Positions 18,094 through 29,095 of a stretch of DNA of 64,000 nucleotides are shown one piece after another. Source of the DNA: Opitutia bacterium (lineage in GTDB: Bacteria > Verrucomicrobiota > Verrucomicrobiia > Opitutales > Opitutaceae); assembly GCA_947478395.1 (NCBI GenBank), contig CANJVR010000003.1, positions 1 to 64,000 of the forward strand, read 5' to 3'. The notes beneath the pieces were generated by a model, which saw only the letters and a list, made by a program, of their open reading frames with translations, was not told the origin of the DNA and did no database searches. A program made the position numbers and the translations under genes. How positions within the stretch are numbered: the first letter of the stretch is position 1; each line of letters begins with the position of its first letter.

Positions 18094-19395
18094 ATGAACC
18101 AGCCCCCCATCCCCTCAAAAATGTCACGTTACCGCTGGGTCGTTTGCGCGCTGCTTTTTTTTGCGACGACGATCAATTACATCGACCGCCAGATTCTCGC
18201 GCTGATCAAACCGATTCTCGACGAGCAGTTGCATTGGACGAACGAGCAGTTCGGTGAAGTTAACGGGGCGTTTCAGGGCGCGTACGCCTTGGGCCTGCTC
18301 ATCTTCGGCTGGTTCGTCGATCGCTACGGCACAAAAATCGGCTACGCGGTTTCAATCGCCGCGTGGAGCGTCGCCGCCATTGGGCACGCGCTGGTCTACA
18401 GCATTGGCGGTTTCCTTTTCGCCCGCGTGGCGCTGGGTCTCGGCGAAGGCGGTAATTTTCCCTCGGCCATCAAAGCCGTAGCGCTGTGGTTTCCCAAACG
18501 CGAACGCGCGACCGCCACCGCGATTTTTAACTCCGGCACCAATGTCGGTGCAATCATCGCCCCTTTGATGGTGCCGCCAATCGCGCTGGCCCTCGGCTGG
18601 CACTGGACGTTTATCATGGCCGGCATCGCGGGCTTCATCTGGATGTGCTTCTGGCTGCCATTTTATAACGTCCCGGAAAAAATTGCGGCCACGAACGCCG
18701 CTGAGCTGGACCACATTCGCAGCGACCGCGACGACACGAGCCGCGATGGCGAAAAGGTTTCTTGGCTGAGTCTGCTCAGTCACCGGCAGACCTGGGCCTT
18801 CGTGCTCGCCAAGGCGCTGACCGATCCGGTGTGGTGGTTTTTCCTCACGTGGCTGCCGGATTTCTTCAAAAAGACGCGGCATCTCGATATCAAGGACAGC
18901 ATGTACATGCTCGCGACCATTTATGGATTGGCGACGGTGCTGAGTATTTTCACCGGCTGGGTCGTAAGCGCGCTCACGCGGAACGGCTGGTCCGTCACCC
19001 GGGCGCGAAAGACCGCCATGGCGGTTTCGGCCCTCGCGGTTCTCCCCATCCTGCTGGTGAAAGATGTGGGCGACTGGACCGCCGTGCTCTTGATCGGTCT
19101 CGCCTGTGCGGCCCACCAATCCTGGTCGGCCAATCTTTTCACGACCGCTTCAGACATGTTCCCGAAACGCGCGGTCGCGTCCGTCGTGGGACTCGGCGGC
19201 ATGGCCGGCTCGGCGCTCGGGATTTTTTTCCCCATCATGGCCGGACGACTGCTCGATACCTTCACGGCCAAAAATAATGTTTCGGGTGGCTATGCCCTGC
19301 TCTTTTCAATCTGCGCCGGCGCCTACATCCTCGCGTTTATTGTCCAGCATTTGCTGGCGCCCAAGTTCGAGCAGGTGGAACTAAAACGGCTCTGA
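18094..19395 (+). CDS. exuT: MFS hexuronate transporter (ExuT-like)
   Basis: RW...LLFFATTINYIDRQ; LGEGGNFP; WFPKRERA; TDPVWWF. Confidence 0.85.
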   Translation: MNQPPIPSKMSRYRWVVCALLFFATTINYIDRQILALIKPILDEQLHWTNEQFGEVNGAFQGAYALGLLIFGWFVDRYGTKIGYAVSIAAWSVAAIGHALVYSIGGFLFARVALGLGEGGNFPSAIKAVALWFPKRERATATAIFNSGTNVGAIIAPLMVPPIALALGWHWTFIMAGIAGFIWMCFWLPFYNVPEKIAATNAAELDHIRSDRDDTSRDGEKVSWLSLLSHRQTWAFVLAKALTDPVWWFFLTWLPDFFKKTRHLDIKDSMYMLATIYGLATVLSIFTGWVVSALTRNGWSVTRARKTAMAVSALAVLPILLVKDVGDWTAVLLIGLACAAHQSWSANLFTTASDMFPKRAVASVVGLGGMAGSALGIFFPIMAGRLLDTFTAKNNVSGGYALLFSICAGAYILAFIVQHLLAPKFEQVELKRL

Positions 19396-19774
19396 GCGGT
19401 TAAGTTTTCCCGTGGCCATTTTGTGAAACGGCGGGCGTCTCTACCTGCCGGTTTCGGCGCGCCCGTCGCGGCTATATTTTTCGCTGCAAGGCTCCCGCGC
19501 TGCGCCGCGCTCTCCAACTACGGGTGGCTAGTCGGGCTTCGGCCTAGCCTTTAGCGTTGATCTCGTCCTGCCCGAATTTACCCGGAATTCCGGACCGATC
19601 TATTTTTACAAGAGGCAAAAGAATAAACGGAGAAGCCCCGCCAACCTAGAGCTTATCCGAATCGCCCGCCCCCCGCCGGGCAGCGTGCTGACCGAGAGCA
19701 ACTATTCCCTTGGTTTATTCGACTAGGCTCTTCCCTCCGCGTCCTCCGTTATTTCCCGCCAGGATAAAATTCCC

Positions 19775-21115
19775 ATGAAGTCCATCCCTCTTCCACCCAC
19801 CGCGCATAAACCGCAGCCCTACACCGGTCCGTCGGCTGCTGCGGTGCTCGCGTTGCGCAAGCAGTACCTCAACCCCGGACTGTTCCTCTACTACAAGCAG
19901 CCGATCATGATCGTGGAGGGAAAAATGCAGTACGTCTGGGATGACACGGGCAAACGCTACCTCGATGGACTCGGCGGCATCGTGACGATCAGCGTGGGCC
20001 ACTGCCATCCGCATGTCCTCGCCGCGGCCAACGCCCAGAACGCCACCCTCCAGCATTCGACCACGATTTACCTCCAGCCGAAAATCGCGCTCTACGCCGA
20101 GAAGCTCGCGTCGAAAATGCCCGGCGAGCTCAAGGTCTGTTATTTCGTCAACTCCGGCTCCGAAGCCAACGACCTCGCCCTGATGATGGCCCGGCTCTAC
20201 ACGGGAAACTACGACATGATCGCGCTGCGCAACGCCTACCACGGCGGCAACGCGTCGGGCATGGGTGTCACCGCCCACAGCAGCTGGAAATTCAACGTGC
20301 CGCATTCGTTCGGCGTCCACCACGCCATCGCGCCGTATCCCTATCGCGGCGTCTACGGCTACGACGAGGCCGACGCCGGAAAAAAATATGCAGCCGATGT
20401 GAAGCAGGTCATCGACTACACCACCTCCGGCAAAGTCGCCGGCTTCATCGCCGAGTCGATCCAGGGCGTCGGCGGCTTCGTGGTGTTTCCCGACGGCTAC
20501 CTGAAACACACCTACGAACATGTGCGCGCGGCCGGCGGCATCTGCATCGCGGACGAAGTGCAGACCGGCTTCGGTCGCACCGGCACGCACTACTGGGGTT
20601 TCGAGACGCAGGGCGTCATCCCCGACATCGTCACCATGGCCAAAGGCATCGGCAACGGCGCTCCGCTCGCGGCCGTTGTAACCACGCCGAAAATCGCCGC
20701 CGTCATGGCTCAAAAAACTCATTTCAACACGTTCGGCGGCAATCCCGTCGTATCGGCGATCGGCACCGCCGTGCTTGAAGTCATCGACCAGGAAAAAACC
20801 CAGGCCAACTGTCTCGAACTCGGCGCGTACATCCTCGCGGGTCTCGAAAAGCTGAAGGCGAAATATGTGGTGATCGGCGACGTCCGCGGCAAAGGCCTGA
20901 TGCTCGGCATCGAGTTCGTGAAGGATCGCGCGACCAAGGAGCCCGGCAAGGAAGCCTGCGCCCAAGTGGTCGAGAACGCTCGCGAACTCGGTCTGCTGCT
21001 CGGTAAAGGCGGACTCTGGGGCCAGACGATCCGCTTCGCCCCTCCGATGAATATCACGAAAGCCGACGCCGATTTTCTGCTCGCTGTCCTCGACGAATCG
21101 CTCGCCGCGCTCTAA
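19775..21115 (+). CDS. Class III PLP aminotransferase, AGXT2-like
   Basis: [43 protein letters not shown]. Confidence 0.9.
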   Translation: MKSIPLPPTAHKPQPYTGPSAAAVLALRKQYLNPGLFLYYKQPIMIVEGKMQYVWDDTGKRYLDGLGGIVTISVGHCHPHVLAAANAQNATLQHSTTIYLQPKIALYAEKLASKMPGELKVCYFVNSGSEANDLALMMARLYTGNYDMIALRNAYHGGNASGMGVTAHSSWKFNVPHSFGVHHAIAPYPYRGVYGYDEADAGKKYAADVKQVIDYTTSGKVAGFIAESIQGVGGFVVFPDGYLKHTYEHVRAAGGICIADEVQTGFGRTGTHYWGFETQGVIPDIVTMAKGIGNGAPLAAVVTTPKIAAVMAQKTHFNTFGGNPVVSAIGTAVLEVIDQEKTQANCLELGAYILAGLEKLKAKYVVIGDVRGKGLMLGIEFVKDRATKEPGKEACAQVVENARELGLLLGKGGLWGQTIRFAPPMNITKADADFLLAVLDESLAAL

Positions 21116-21151
21116 GCGCCCGGGCGGTGCCGGCCGAACGCCAGGCCCCGG

Positions 21152-22312
21152 CTACCGCACGTAATCGCGCAGCTTGAGCAGTCGTGCACCCGCCGCGTGC
21201 AACGTCGCCGGTTTTTTTGCGAAGTTCAACCGCACGTACCGATGCTCCGGGTGCGGGAAAAAACTCGAACCCGGCACCGGAGCCACCCCGATTTCACGCG
21301 TCATCCAATGCGCGAACTCCACGTCGTTCGCATAGCCCAGGGATGAAATATCCAACATCACGAAATACGCGCCTTCAGGGCGCGTGTAGCTAAGCCCGGT
21401 CCGGTCCAAATAGCTCAGCAAAACCTCCCGAGACGCCGCGTACTCGCCCGCCAGTTCGTCGTAGTAACTCGCGGGAAAATTAAGCGCCGTCACCACCGCG
21501 TGCTGCAATGGCGCCGCCGCGCCAACCGTCAGAAAATCGTGAACCTTCCGCGCTTGCGCGATCACGTCGGGCGCCGCGTGCACGTAGCCAAGCCGCCAGC
21601 CCGTAATCGAAAATGTTTTCGAAAGCGACGAGCACATCAGGGTGCGCCGGGCCATCCCCGGCAGCGTCGAAAAATAAACGTGATTCCGCCCATCGAAAAC
21701 AATGTGCTCATACACTTCGTCGGTGAGCACCCACACATCAAATTCCTCCGCGAGCGCGGCGATTTGCAGGAGTTCCTCCCGCGTGAAAACCCGCCCGCAG
21801 GGATTCGAGGGATTGCAGAGCACGAAGGCTTTTAAGCCGCTCGCAAACGCCCGGCGCAGCTCCGCCGGATCGAAACGATAGTGCGGCGGATGCAGCGGCA
21901 CATGCACCGCCTGCGCGCCCGTGAGTATCGCGTCGGCATTGTAATTTTCGTAGAACGGCGAAAACAGCCCCACTTTATCCCCGGGATCGCACACCGTCAT
22001 CATCGCGACCATCATCGCCTCGGTCGCGCCGCAGGTGACGACCAGCTCACGGTCGGCTTCGACGGGGACGCCCATGAACCGCGTGAGTTTCGCACCGAGC
22101 GCCGTGCGTAGTTCGGGCGCACCCCAAGTCACCGCGTACTGATGACGTCCCGCGTCCATCGCATCCTTCGCCGCTTGGACGAGTACGGCGGGCGGATCCC
22201 AATCAGGAAAACCCTGCGCCAGATTAATCGCCCCGTAACGCGTCGCGACGCGGGACATTTCACGAATGAGCGACTCGGTGAAGACAGCGGTGCGGTGCGA
22301 CGTTTGCGGCAT
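21152..22312 (-). CDS. Class I/II PLP aminotransferase
   Basis: AINLAQGFPD, NPSNPCG, DEVYEH, SLSKTFSITGWRLG. Start at MPQTS 22312. Confidence 0.9.
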   Translation of the reverse strand: MPQTSHRTAVFTESLIREMSRVATRYGAINLAQGFPDWDPPAVLVQAAKDAMDAGRHQYAVTWGAPELRTALGAKLTRFMGVPVEADRELVVTCGATEAMMVAMMTVCDPGDKVGLFSPFYENYNADAILTGAQAVHVPLHPPHYRFDPAELRRAFASGLKAFVLCNPSNPCGRVFTREELLQIAALAEEFDVWVLTDEVYEHIVFDGRNHVYFSTLPGMARRTLMCSSLSKTFSITGWRLGYVHAAPDVIAQARKVHDFLTVGAAAPLQHAVVTALNFPASYYDELAGEYAASREVLLSYLDRTGLSYTRPEGAYFVMLDISSLGYANDVEFAHWMTREIGVAPVPGSSFFPHPEHRYVRLNFAKKPATLHAAGARLLKLRDYVR

Positions 22313-22497
22313 GGGGCGGAAGGCACCCAGCTTCGAGCGCGGGGTTTTGAGTTTCGAGTTTTTTTCGGCCCGGCGTGAACGCCCCGGATCGTATCGCGCG
22401 AAGGCTGGGCGGATTATTTCCAATGCACGGCTGCGACTCAGCGCGCAGAAAATCCGACGCCGCACCGGCGCGGGAGAGATAACGCGCCCTGCCGCTC

Positions 22498-23409
22498 TTA
22501 CGGAATGCGCAGTTCCATGCCGGGCTTTAGCGCCGAGGCCGAGGACAGGATGTCGCTATTGGCTTTAAGAATTTCCTGCACCTTCGTGGCCGTAGCTGTG
22601 CCGTAATATTTTTTGGCGATGCCGAAGAGTGTATCGGATTGAATCACTTTATGGCGGCGCATTCCGGCGCCCGACGGGGCGGTCGGCTTGCTCAGCGGAC
22701 GACCGGCGGGCGTGGCGGCTGGCTTCGTCGCCGAGGGGTCGGTCGCGGCCGTCCGCGGGTTTGACGCCGGCGGTTCCGTTGCTCGCGAATCCATCGGAGC
22801 CAGGGCAATGGGCGAAGGTTCATCGGTGGGAATGGTAATCATCACCGTGGACGATTTCAGCTCGGGAGCTTCGACCACCGGCACGCGCAGTGTATTCATC
22901 GGCCGCAGTGCACCGATCCCGCCGCGCGCCGCCGTGAGTTCGGCTTTGAGCAAATCGATCTCGCGTTGCTGGCGCTCGATCTGATCGGCGCCGTCGAGTC
23001 GTGCCGCCTGGCTGTCGAGTGGCGAGGCCGCGAGCGTCTTGGCGAACTCCCGCTTCGCGTCCTCGATCTGGCCTTTCACGAGCGCCGCCTTCGGTGAGTT
23101 CGGCTGCTGCTCGAGATATTTGCGAAAATGATGAATGGCTTCGAGCGAGTCCCTGACGTGCTGCTTGAGAATGAGGCCCGCCGACAGATGCGACTCGGCC
23201 GAGTCCTGTTGGCCACGCCTTTCGATCACCTTCAAATAGGCGACCAACGCCTCCTGGATCCGATCCTGTTTCTCCAACTGCTGCCCCTCCCGGTAGCCGG
23301 CGTCGTCCGTCTCGGGTCCATAACTTGCGCCGTTATCCCGGCCGCATCCCGTCAACAGCAAAGCCAAACCGAGCGAGAACAGGGCGGCGATTTTTAAGCA
23401 GACAGACAT
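22498..23409 (-). CDS. Lipoprotein with TPR-like region and C-terminal LysM domain
   Basis: Lipobox LLTGC; HKVIQSDTLFGIAKKYYG...LKPGMELRIP. The longer ORF call overlaps kdsD and is unlikely. Confidence 0.85.
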   Translation of the reverse strand: MSVCLKIAALFSLGLALLLTGCGRDNGASYGPETDDAGYREGQQLEKQDRIQEALVAYLKVIERRGQQDSAESHLSAGLILKQHVRDSLEAIHHFRKYLEQQPNSPKAALVKGQIEDAKREFAKTLAASPLDSQAARLDGADQIERQQREIDLLKAELTAARGGIGALRPMNTLRVPVVEAPELKSSTVMITIPTDEPSPIALAPMDSRATEPPASNPRTAATDPSATKPAATPAGRPLSKPTAPSGAGMRRHKVIQSDTLFGIAKKYYGTATATKVQEILKANSDILSSASALKPGMELRIP

Positions 23410-23485
23410 GGGAGACGGGAAAGGGATTGAACGATCGGACGCTGGGCGTAAGTTCCGGACACTCTTTCCGAGACTCAAATCATAA

Positions 23486-24475
23486 ATGGCCATCGCCCCG
23501 AAATCCGCCCTCGCCCGCGCTCGCCTCTGCCTCCGCATTGAAAGTAATGCCCTCACCGCGACCGCGAAAAGCCTGGGGCCAGACTTCGTCGCCACGGCCC
23601 GGGCGGTCGAAACGACCATCGCCAGCGGCGGGAAGCTGATCTTCAGCGGTGTCGGCAAGTCCGCGCCCATCGCCCAAAAGATCGCCGCGACCTTCAACAG
23701 CACGGGCGTCCCCTCCTGTTTTCTCGATCCCACGCAAGCCCTGCACGGCGATCTTGGGCTATGCGCCGAAGGCGACTTGGCGCTGATTCTCAGCAACAGC
23801 GGCCAGTCCGACGAGGTCCTGCGGCTCCTGCCGATGTTGAAACGCTTCGGGCTGGCCGTGGTCGCGTTCACGAGCAATCCCGAATCCGACTTGGCCCGTT
23901 CGGCCGATCACCGTCTGCTCTATCGCGTGCCGCGCGAAGCCTGCCCGCTCGCACTCGCCCCGACCGCGAGCACCACCGCCGCCCTCGCGCTCGGCGACGC
24001 GCTGGCCATGGTGCTGCTGGAAGCGCGGGGACTGACCCGCGACGATTTCGCGAAATATCATCCGGCCGGCAACCTCGGCCGCGTGTTGCTCCTGCGCGTG
24101 CGCGATATCATGCGCACGGCAGAACGGCTTCCGGTCGCTCCGGAAACCGTGCGATTACAGGACGCCATCCTCGCCATGACCAAGGCCAAGAGCGGCAGCA
24201 TCGCCCTGGTCCATCCCCGTTCCGGCAAGCTCACGGGCATTCTCACGGATGGCGATTTTCGTCGCAGTGCCCTGACCGGACCCGATTTCCTCGACCGTCC
24301 TGCGGCCGATTTCATGACGCGTTCGCCAAAAACCATCGCCGCCGACGCCCTAGGCGTCGATGCCCTCCGACTTTTTGAAGCGCATAAAATTGACGACCTG
24401 ATCGTCATCGATGAACTGGCCCGGCCGATCGGCCTGATCGACGGCCAAGATCTACCCAAACTGAAAATCGTGTGA
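23486..24475 (+). CDS. kdsD: Arabinose-5-phosphate isomerase (KdsD/KpsF; SIS + CBS)
   Basis: GVGKS, ALHGDLG, EACPLALAPTASTT, HPAGNLG, CBS pair. Confidence 0.93.
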   Translation: MAIAPKSALARARLCLRIESNALTATAKSLGPDFVATARAVETTIASGGKLIFSGVGKSAPIAQKIAATFNSTGVPSCFLDPTQALHGDLGLCAEGDLALILSNSGQSDEVLRLLPMLKRFGLAVVAFTSNPESDLARSADHRLLYRVPREACPLALAPTASTTAALALGDALAMVLLEARGLTRDDFAKYHPAGNLGRVLLLRVRDIMRTAERLPVAPETVRLQDAILAMTKAKSGSIALVHPRSGKLTGILTDGDFRRSALTGPDFLDRPAADFMTRSPKTIAADALGVDALRLFEAHKIDDLIVIDELARPIGLIDGQDLPKLKIV

Positions 24476-25722
24476 ATTCCCCCATCCGCATCGGCATCAT
24501 AGGCATGGGAGGTTTCGCCGGTTCGCATCACAATGCGGTCGCGAAGCTCGAAGAGCGGGGCCACGCCCGCCTGATCTGCACCTGCGATCCTCAAGCCGCC
24601 ACCTTCGCCGCGGCCCAGCAGACCTGGCGGTTCCCGGAGCGCGGCGTCACCGTGTTCAACGACTACCGCGCCATGCTCGAAGCCTGTGCCCGCGATCTCG
24701 ATCTGGTCGTCGTGCCCACGCCCATTCAGCTTCATGCCGAGATGCACGCCGCGGCGACGGCGCTCGGCCTTCCCACCTATCTCGAGAAACCCCCTACGCT
24801 CGATCACACCGAGCTCGAACGGATGATCGTCAACGACCAGCGCGCGAAAAAATCTTCGCTGGTCGGCTTCAATTTCATCATCGAGCGACAACGGCTCGCC
24901 CTGAAGGCACGCCTGCTCGCCGGTGAGTTTGGTACGCTGCGCGGCACCACGCTCAGTGCGCTCTGGCCGCGGCCCGCGAGTTATTTCAAACGCAACAATT
25001 GGGCGGGCCGTCTGATGATCGATAACCGCCCCGTGCTCGATTCGTGTTTCGGCAACGCCATGGCGCACTTCGTCCACAACATGCTGTTCTGGGCCGGTGA
25101 AACCGAACTCTACAGTTGGGCCCGACTCACCGCCGTCCGCGCCGAACTCTATCGCGCCCACGAGATCGAGGGCGCTGACACATTTTTCGTCGAGGCCGAC
25201 ACCGCCGCCTCAGTCAACATGCGGTTCGCGCTTTCTCATGCCTGCGCCGGCCCAGAGTCCCATCACGAAATCGTGATCTGCGACAAAGCGATCTTGCACT
25301 ACACCGTGGGCAAACAGATCGAAATCCGCTGGCGCGACGGCCGCATCGAACGCTCCCTGCCCGACGCCTTCGACCCACTCGAGGAAAACCATCTCGACTA
25401 CTACCGCTATCTCCGGGGCGAAAGCACGCGGCCGGCAACGGCGCTCGCCGATTCCCGACCGTTCGTCGCGCTCAACGATCTCGCCCATATTTCGAGCGGA
25501 CGTATTGCACCGATCCCGGCCAGCTTCGTCACCGGCCAGCGAGACGAGATCCAACAAAAGGATTATTTGAACGTCGCGGGCATGAACAGCGCCATTGAGG
25601 CCTTTCTGAATCGGAACGAGTGGCCCGGAACGCATGGCTGGGGCCGCGAAAGCAGCGAAGTCACCACGCTCGCCGACCTCCCGCGATTCGACGCGACCAT
25701 CCGCGCGATGGCCGGCAAGTAA
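24472..25722 (+). CDS. Gfo/Idh/MocA oxidoreductase
   Basis: IGIIGMGGFA; TPIQLH; YLEKPP. Confidence 0.88.
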   Translation: MNSPIRIGIIGMGGFAGSHHNAVAKLEERGHARLICTCDPQAATFAAAQQTWRFPERGVTVFNDYRAMLEACARDLDLVVVPTPIQLHAEMHAAATALGLPTYLEKPPTLDHTELERMIVNDQRAKKSSLVGFNFIIERQRLALKARLLAGEFGTLRGTTLSALWPRPASYFKRNNWAGRLMIDNRPVLDSCFGNAMAHFVHNMLFWAGETELYSWARLTAVRAELYRAHEIEGADTFFVEADTAASVNMRFALSHACAGPESHHEIVICDKAILHYTVGKQIEIRWRDGRIERSLPDAFDPLEENHLDYYRYLRGESTRPATALADSRPFVALNDLAHISSGRIAPIPASFVTGQRDEIQQKDYLNVAGMNSAIEAFLNRNEWPGTHGWGRESSEVTTLADLPRFDATIRAMAGK

Positions 25723-25848
25723 GTGGTCACAAGGTCCGGTCAGGACCTCCCGCCCCAACTTAAAGCGGTCAACCAGGAGCACCCGGAGTCACACCCCAAC
25801 CCTTTACTCCGATAAATTTTCGCCCACGTTTTCTGACCCCCTTCTCCC

Positions 25849-27486
25849 ATGCCCACGCCCGCTTTTGTTTACCAAGATCCGCTGCCACTTGGCGCCGATG
25901 ACACCGCCTATCGCTTCCTCACCAAGGAAGGCGTCAGCATTTCCACGTTCGACGGCCGCGACATCCTCAAGGTCGCACCCGAGGCCCTCGCCTACCTCGC
26001 CCAACAGGCCTTTCACGACTGCTCATTTTATTTGCGCCCCAAGCATCTCGCGCAGGTCGCCGCGATCCTCGACGACCCCGGGGCATCGGTGAATGATCGC
26101 TACGTTGCGCTGACCTTGTTGAAAAATGCCGAGATTGCCGCCGGTGGCATTCTCCCGATGTGCCAGGACACCGGCACCGCCACCATCGTCGCGAAAAAAG
26201 GCCAGCAAGTCTGGACGGGGGCCAACGACGCCGAGTGGCTGAGTCGCGGCGTCTACGACGCCTTCACGAAAGAAAATCTCCGCTACTCGCAAGTCGCCCC
26301 GCTCGATCTGTGGAAAGAGGTCAACACCGGCACCAATCTTCCCGCGCAAATCGACCTGTACGCCACCGAGGGCCAGAAATATGAGTTCCTCTTCGTCGCC
26401 AAGGGCGGTGGCTCGGCGAACAAGATGTTTCTCTACCAGGAAACCAAGGCGCTCCTGAATCCGAAGAGCCTCGAAAAATTCGTCACCGACAAACTCCAGT
26501 ATCTCGGCACGAGCGCGTGTCCGCCGTACCATCTCGTTTTCGTGATCGGCGGCACGAGCGCGGAGAACTGTCTCAAGACGCTCAAACTCGCCTCGACGAA
26601 ATACCTCGATGCCTTGCCCACCACCGGCAACGAACACGGCCGCGCCTTCCGCGACCTGGAGTGGGAAAAGAAAATCCTGGAGATCGCGCAGAACAGCAAA
26701 ATCGGCGCCCAGTTCGGCGGGAAATACTTCGCCCTCGACGTGCGCGTCGTCCGTCTGCCGCGTCACGGGGCGAGTTGTCCGGTGGGCATGGGCGTCTCGT
26801 GCAGCGCCGACCGCAACATCAAGGCGAAGATCACCGCGGACGGAATCTTCCTCGAGGAAATGGAAACCAATCCCGGTCGTTTCATCCCATCGGCGCAACG
26901 CACGCTCAAGGATGAGGCGATCGTGCAGATCGATCTCAACCGCCCGATGCAGGATATCCTCGCCGAGCTTTCCAAGTATCCCATCACGACCCGCGTTTCG
27001 CTCACCGGTCCGCTAATCGTGGCCCGTGACATGGCCCACGCGAAACTCAAGGAGCGCGTCGACGCCGGATTGGGGTTGCCGCAATATTTCAAAGACCATC
27101 CCGTGTACTACGCCGGTCCCGCCAAGACCCCGACCGGCTACGCCTCAGGTTCGTTCGGCCCCACGACGGCGGGGCGAATGGACAGCTACGTGGACGGATT
27201 TCAGGCGCTCGGCGGCTCGATGATCATGTTGGCGAAGGGCAACCGCAGCCAGGCCGTGACCAAAGCGTGCAAAGCCCACGGCGGATTTTATCTCGGCAGC
27301 ATCGGCGGCCCTGCGGCGATTCTCGCGAAGGAAAACATCCGGAAAGTCGAAGTCTTGGAATATCCCGAGCTCGGCATGGAAGCGGTGTGGCGCATCGAGG
27401 TGGAAAATTTTCCGGCCTTCATCCTGGTCGATGACAAGGGCAACGATTTCTTCGTGAACAACTGCGGCATCTGCGTGCCGGCGTGA
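25849..27486 (+). CDS. fumA: Class I (Fe-S) fumarate hydratase
   Basis: [38 protein letters not shown]. Confidence 0.95.
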   Translation: MPTPAFVYQDPLPLGADDTAYRFLTKEGVSISTFDGRDILKVAPEALAYLAQQAFHDCSFYLRPKHLAQVAAILDDPGASVNDRYVALTLLKNAEIAAGGILPMCQDTGTATIVAKKGQQVWTGANDAEWLSRGVYDAFTKENLRYSQVAPLDLWKEVNTGTNLPAQIDLYATEGQKYEFLFVAKGGGSANKMFLYQETKALLNPKSLEKFVTDKLQYLGTSACPPYHLVFVIGGTSAENCLKTLKLASTKYLDALPTTGNEHGRAFRDLEWEKKILEIAQNSKIGAQFGGKYFALDVRVVRLPRHGASCPVGMGVSCSADRNIKAKITADGIFLEEMETNPGRFIPSAQRTLKDEAIVQIDLNRPMQDILAELSKYPITTRVSLTGPLIVARDMAHAKLKERVDAGLGLPQYFKDHPVYYAGPAKTPTGYASGSFGPTTAGRMDSYVDGFQALGGSMIMLAKGNRSQAVTKACKAHGGFYLGSIGGPAAILAKENIRKVEVLEYPELGMEAVWRIEVENFPAFILVDDKGNDFFVNNCGICVPA

Positions 27487-27505
27487 CGCGCTGACTGGAA
27501 ACAAA

Positions 27506-27581
27506 GTAGCCCGAGGCTTCAGCCCGCGTTGCGCGCCGCGAACGGGGCCCAATCAGAAAGCGGGCTAAAGCACCGCGCTAC
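27506..27581. repeat. REP doublet (REPIN-like), family B
   Basis: GTAGCCCGAGGCTTCAGCCCGC...GCGGGCTAAAGCACCGCGCTAC; related copies at 36271 and 45265. Confidence 0.75.
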
Positions 27582-27616
27582 TTCAGTTCGCTCCACCGGG
27601 GAGCGAACGCCAAGAA

Positions 27617-28036
27617 TCATTCCCCGATCACCGTGACCATCACGCTCCGCTCGTGCGACGAGCGCCGGTGTTCCCAAAGGAAGATGCCCTGCCAGGTGCC
27701 CAGTTGCATCCGGCCGTCAGCAAAGGGCACGCTCTCACTGGTACGGGTCAGCGCCATTTTGATGTGACTCGGCATATCGTCCGGACCTTCGAGCGTATGC
27801 TCAAAATGCGGATCGTCCTCGGGCACGAGTCGATCGAGCCACGCCTCCAAATCGCGCCGCGCACTCGAATCGGCGTTTTCCATGATCACTAGGCTGGCAC
27901 TCGTGTGCTGGCAAAACACCGTTACGACACCACTCCGTAATTTGCTCCGCGCGAGAACCCGTGCGACCGGATCAGTAATCTCGTGCGTGCCAGATCCGGG
28001 CGAACGCAACGTGAGTTTTTCCTGAAACACAGCCAT
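27617..28036 (-). CDS. yjbQ: YjbQ/UPF0047 family protein
   Basis: HTSASL..ENAD; EGPDDMPSHIK; LGTWQGIFLWEHR. Confidence 0.92.
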   Translation of the reverse strand: MAVFQEKLTLRSPGSGTHEITDPVARVLARSKLRSGVVTVFCQHTSASLVIMENADSSARRDLEAWLDRLVPEDDPHFEHTLEGPDDMPSHIKMALTRTSESVPFADGRMQLGTWQGIFLWEHRRSSHERSVMVTVIGE

Positions 28037-28192
28037 GCGCGGAGCGAAGCGATTTCGTCATCGACCGACAAGCGTACGAAGAAACCCCGTGGACTATTTA
28101 TCCGAAAATGGGCCGGCGAAGAAAACCTCCGGCGTACATCAGAAACGTCCGGCGTTGGCTCAGGCCAGCTCGCTTGCGGGCGCTCCGGGCCC

Positions 28193-28215
28193 AAAAAAGC
28201 CCCGCTTGGCGGGGC
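28193..28215 (-). terminator. Rho-independent terminator of the ECF operon
   Basis: Minus strand GCCCCGC-CAA-GCGGGGC followed by T6. Confidence 0.8.
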
Positions 28216-28243
28216 CTCGGGAAAATATCACCACTAAAGCCGC

Positions 28244-29095
28244 CTAAAACTTAAGCATCAGGCTGACCTTCTCGCCGCCGAAAGCGTAACGGCTCATCGA
28301 GTCGTAGAGCCGGTCGTCCGAAAGCCGGCTGACCAAGCGATCGCTGGACCGATTTACCCCGGCCGGTGCCGCGGCCGAGGCTGGCAGAGCCGTGCCCCGA
28401 AAACGATCGCGCCGCACTTGCGTCGGTGGCGTGACCTGGGCCAGCGGATCGACCGCACGTGCCGGCATCGCCCGCGACTCGAATCCATGAGGAGCACTTA
28501 ACAGCGCCCGGTTAAGGGGCGCATCCGCGGCGTTAAACGCCGGAAAATTTTCGTTCATCGAACGGGCCAGTGCCGAATCCCTCGCTGGGTTCTCAGCGGG
28601 TGCACTCTCACCGACCAGCGCACTCATCGCCGAAACATTTCCCGACCGCGGTTCGGGCACCATCGCGCGAGCATCCGTCGTGTATTCGACGCGTTCATTC
28701 TCGCTAGCCCGCACCACGGAACTTTCCGTTTGCGGAGAAAAATCTCTCGGATCTGTGGCCATCGGACCGGCCGCCAAAGCGACCTCCTTAATCTCAGCCG
28801 CCCCGGCATTCGGAATCGAGCCCGGCTCAAGCTGCCCCGAGCGGTATTCCTTCACACTGAGAAAGGTAAGCGCCAGCACCGCACTCGCGCCAAGCGGAAG
28901 ATGATACCGCGCCAAACCCGACCACGCCCGCAGCGGAAACGTACGCCACCAAGGTTCATGAACAACGAGGGCGGCAAGCTGCTTGGCGCGCAATTCCTTC
29001 TCAAATTCGGGCCAAAACTCCGCCGATGGACGCTCCGCCCGCTTCAAACGCATTAAATCTTCAAGGCTCACCGGTCTTTTGTGCTCAGACTTCAT
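28244..29095 (-). CDS. Single-TM protein, putative anti-sigma factor
   Basis: ATGA-coupled to the ECF gene; charged N-terminus, TM segment (LPLGASAVLALTFLSV), low-complexity C-terminus. Confidence 0.6.
   Translation of the reverse strand: MKSEHKRPVSLEDLMRLKRAERPSAEFWPEFEKELRAKQLAALVVHEPWWRTFPLRAWSGLARYHLPLGASAVLALTFLSVKEYRSGQLEPGSIPNAGAAEIKEVALAAGPMATDPRDFSPQTESSVVRASENERVEYTTDARAMVPEPRSGNVSAMSALVGESAPAENPARDSALARSMNENFPAFNAADAPLNRALLSAPHGFESRAMPARAVDPLAQVTPPTQVRRDRFRGTALPASAAAPAGVNRSSDRLVSRLSDDRLYDSMSRYAFGGEKVSLMLKF

Noticed and set aside
19430..19475. GTCTCTACC resembling a purine riboswitch core
   Set aside because: The P2/P3 kissing loops and P1 pairing are missing.
23410..23877. N-terminal extension of the LysM ORF
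   Set aside because: Overlaps kdsD on the opposite strand; the lipoprotein signal begins at 23409.
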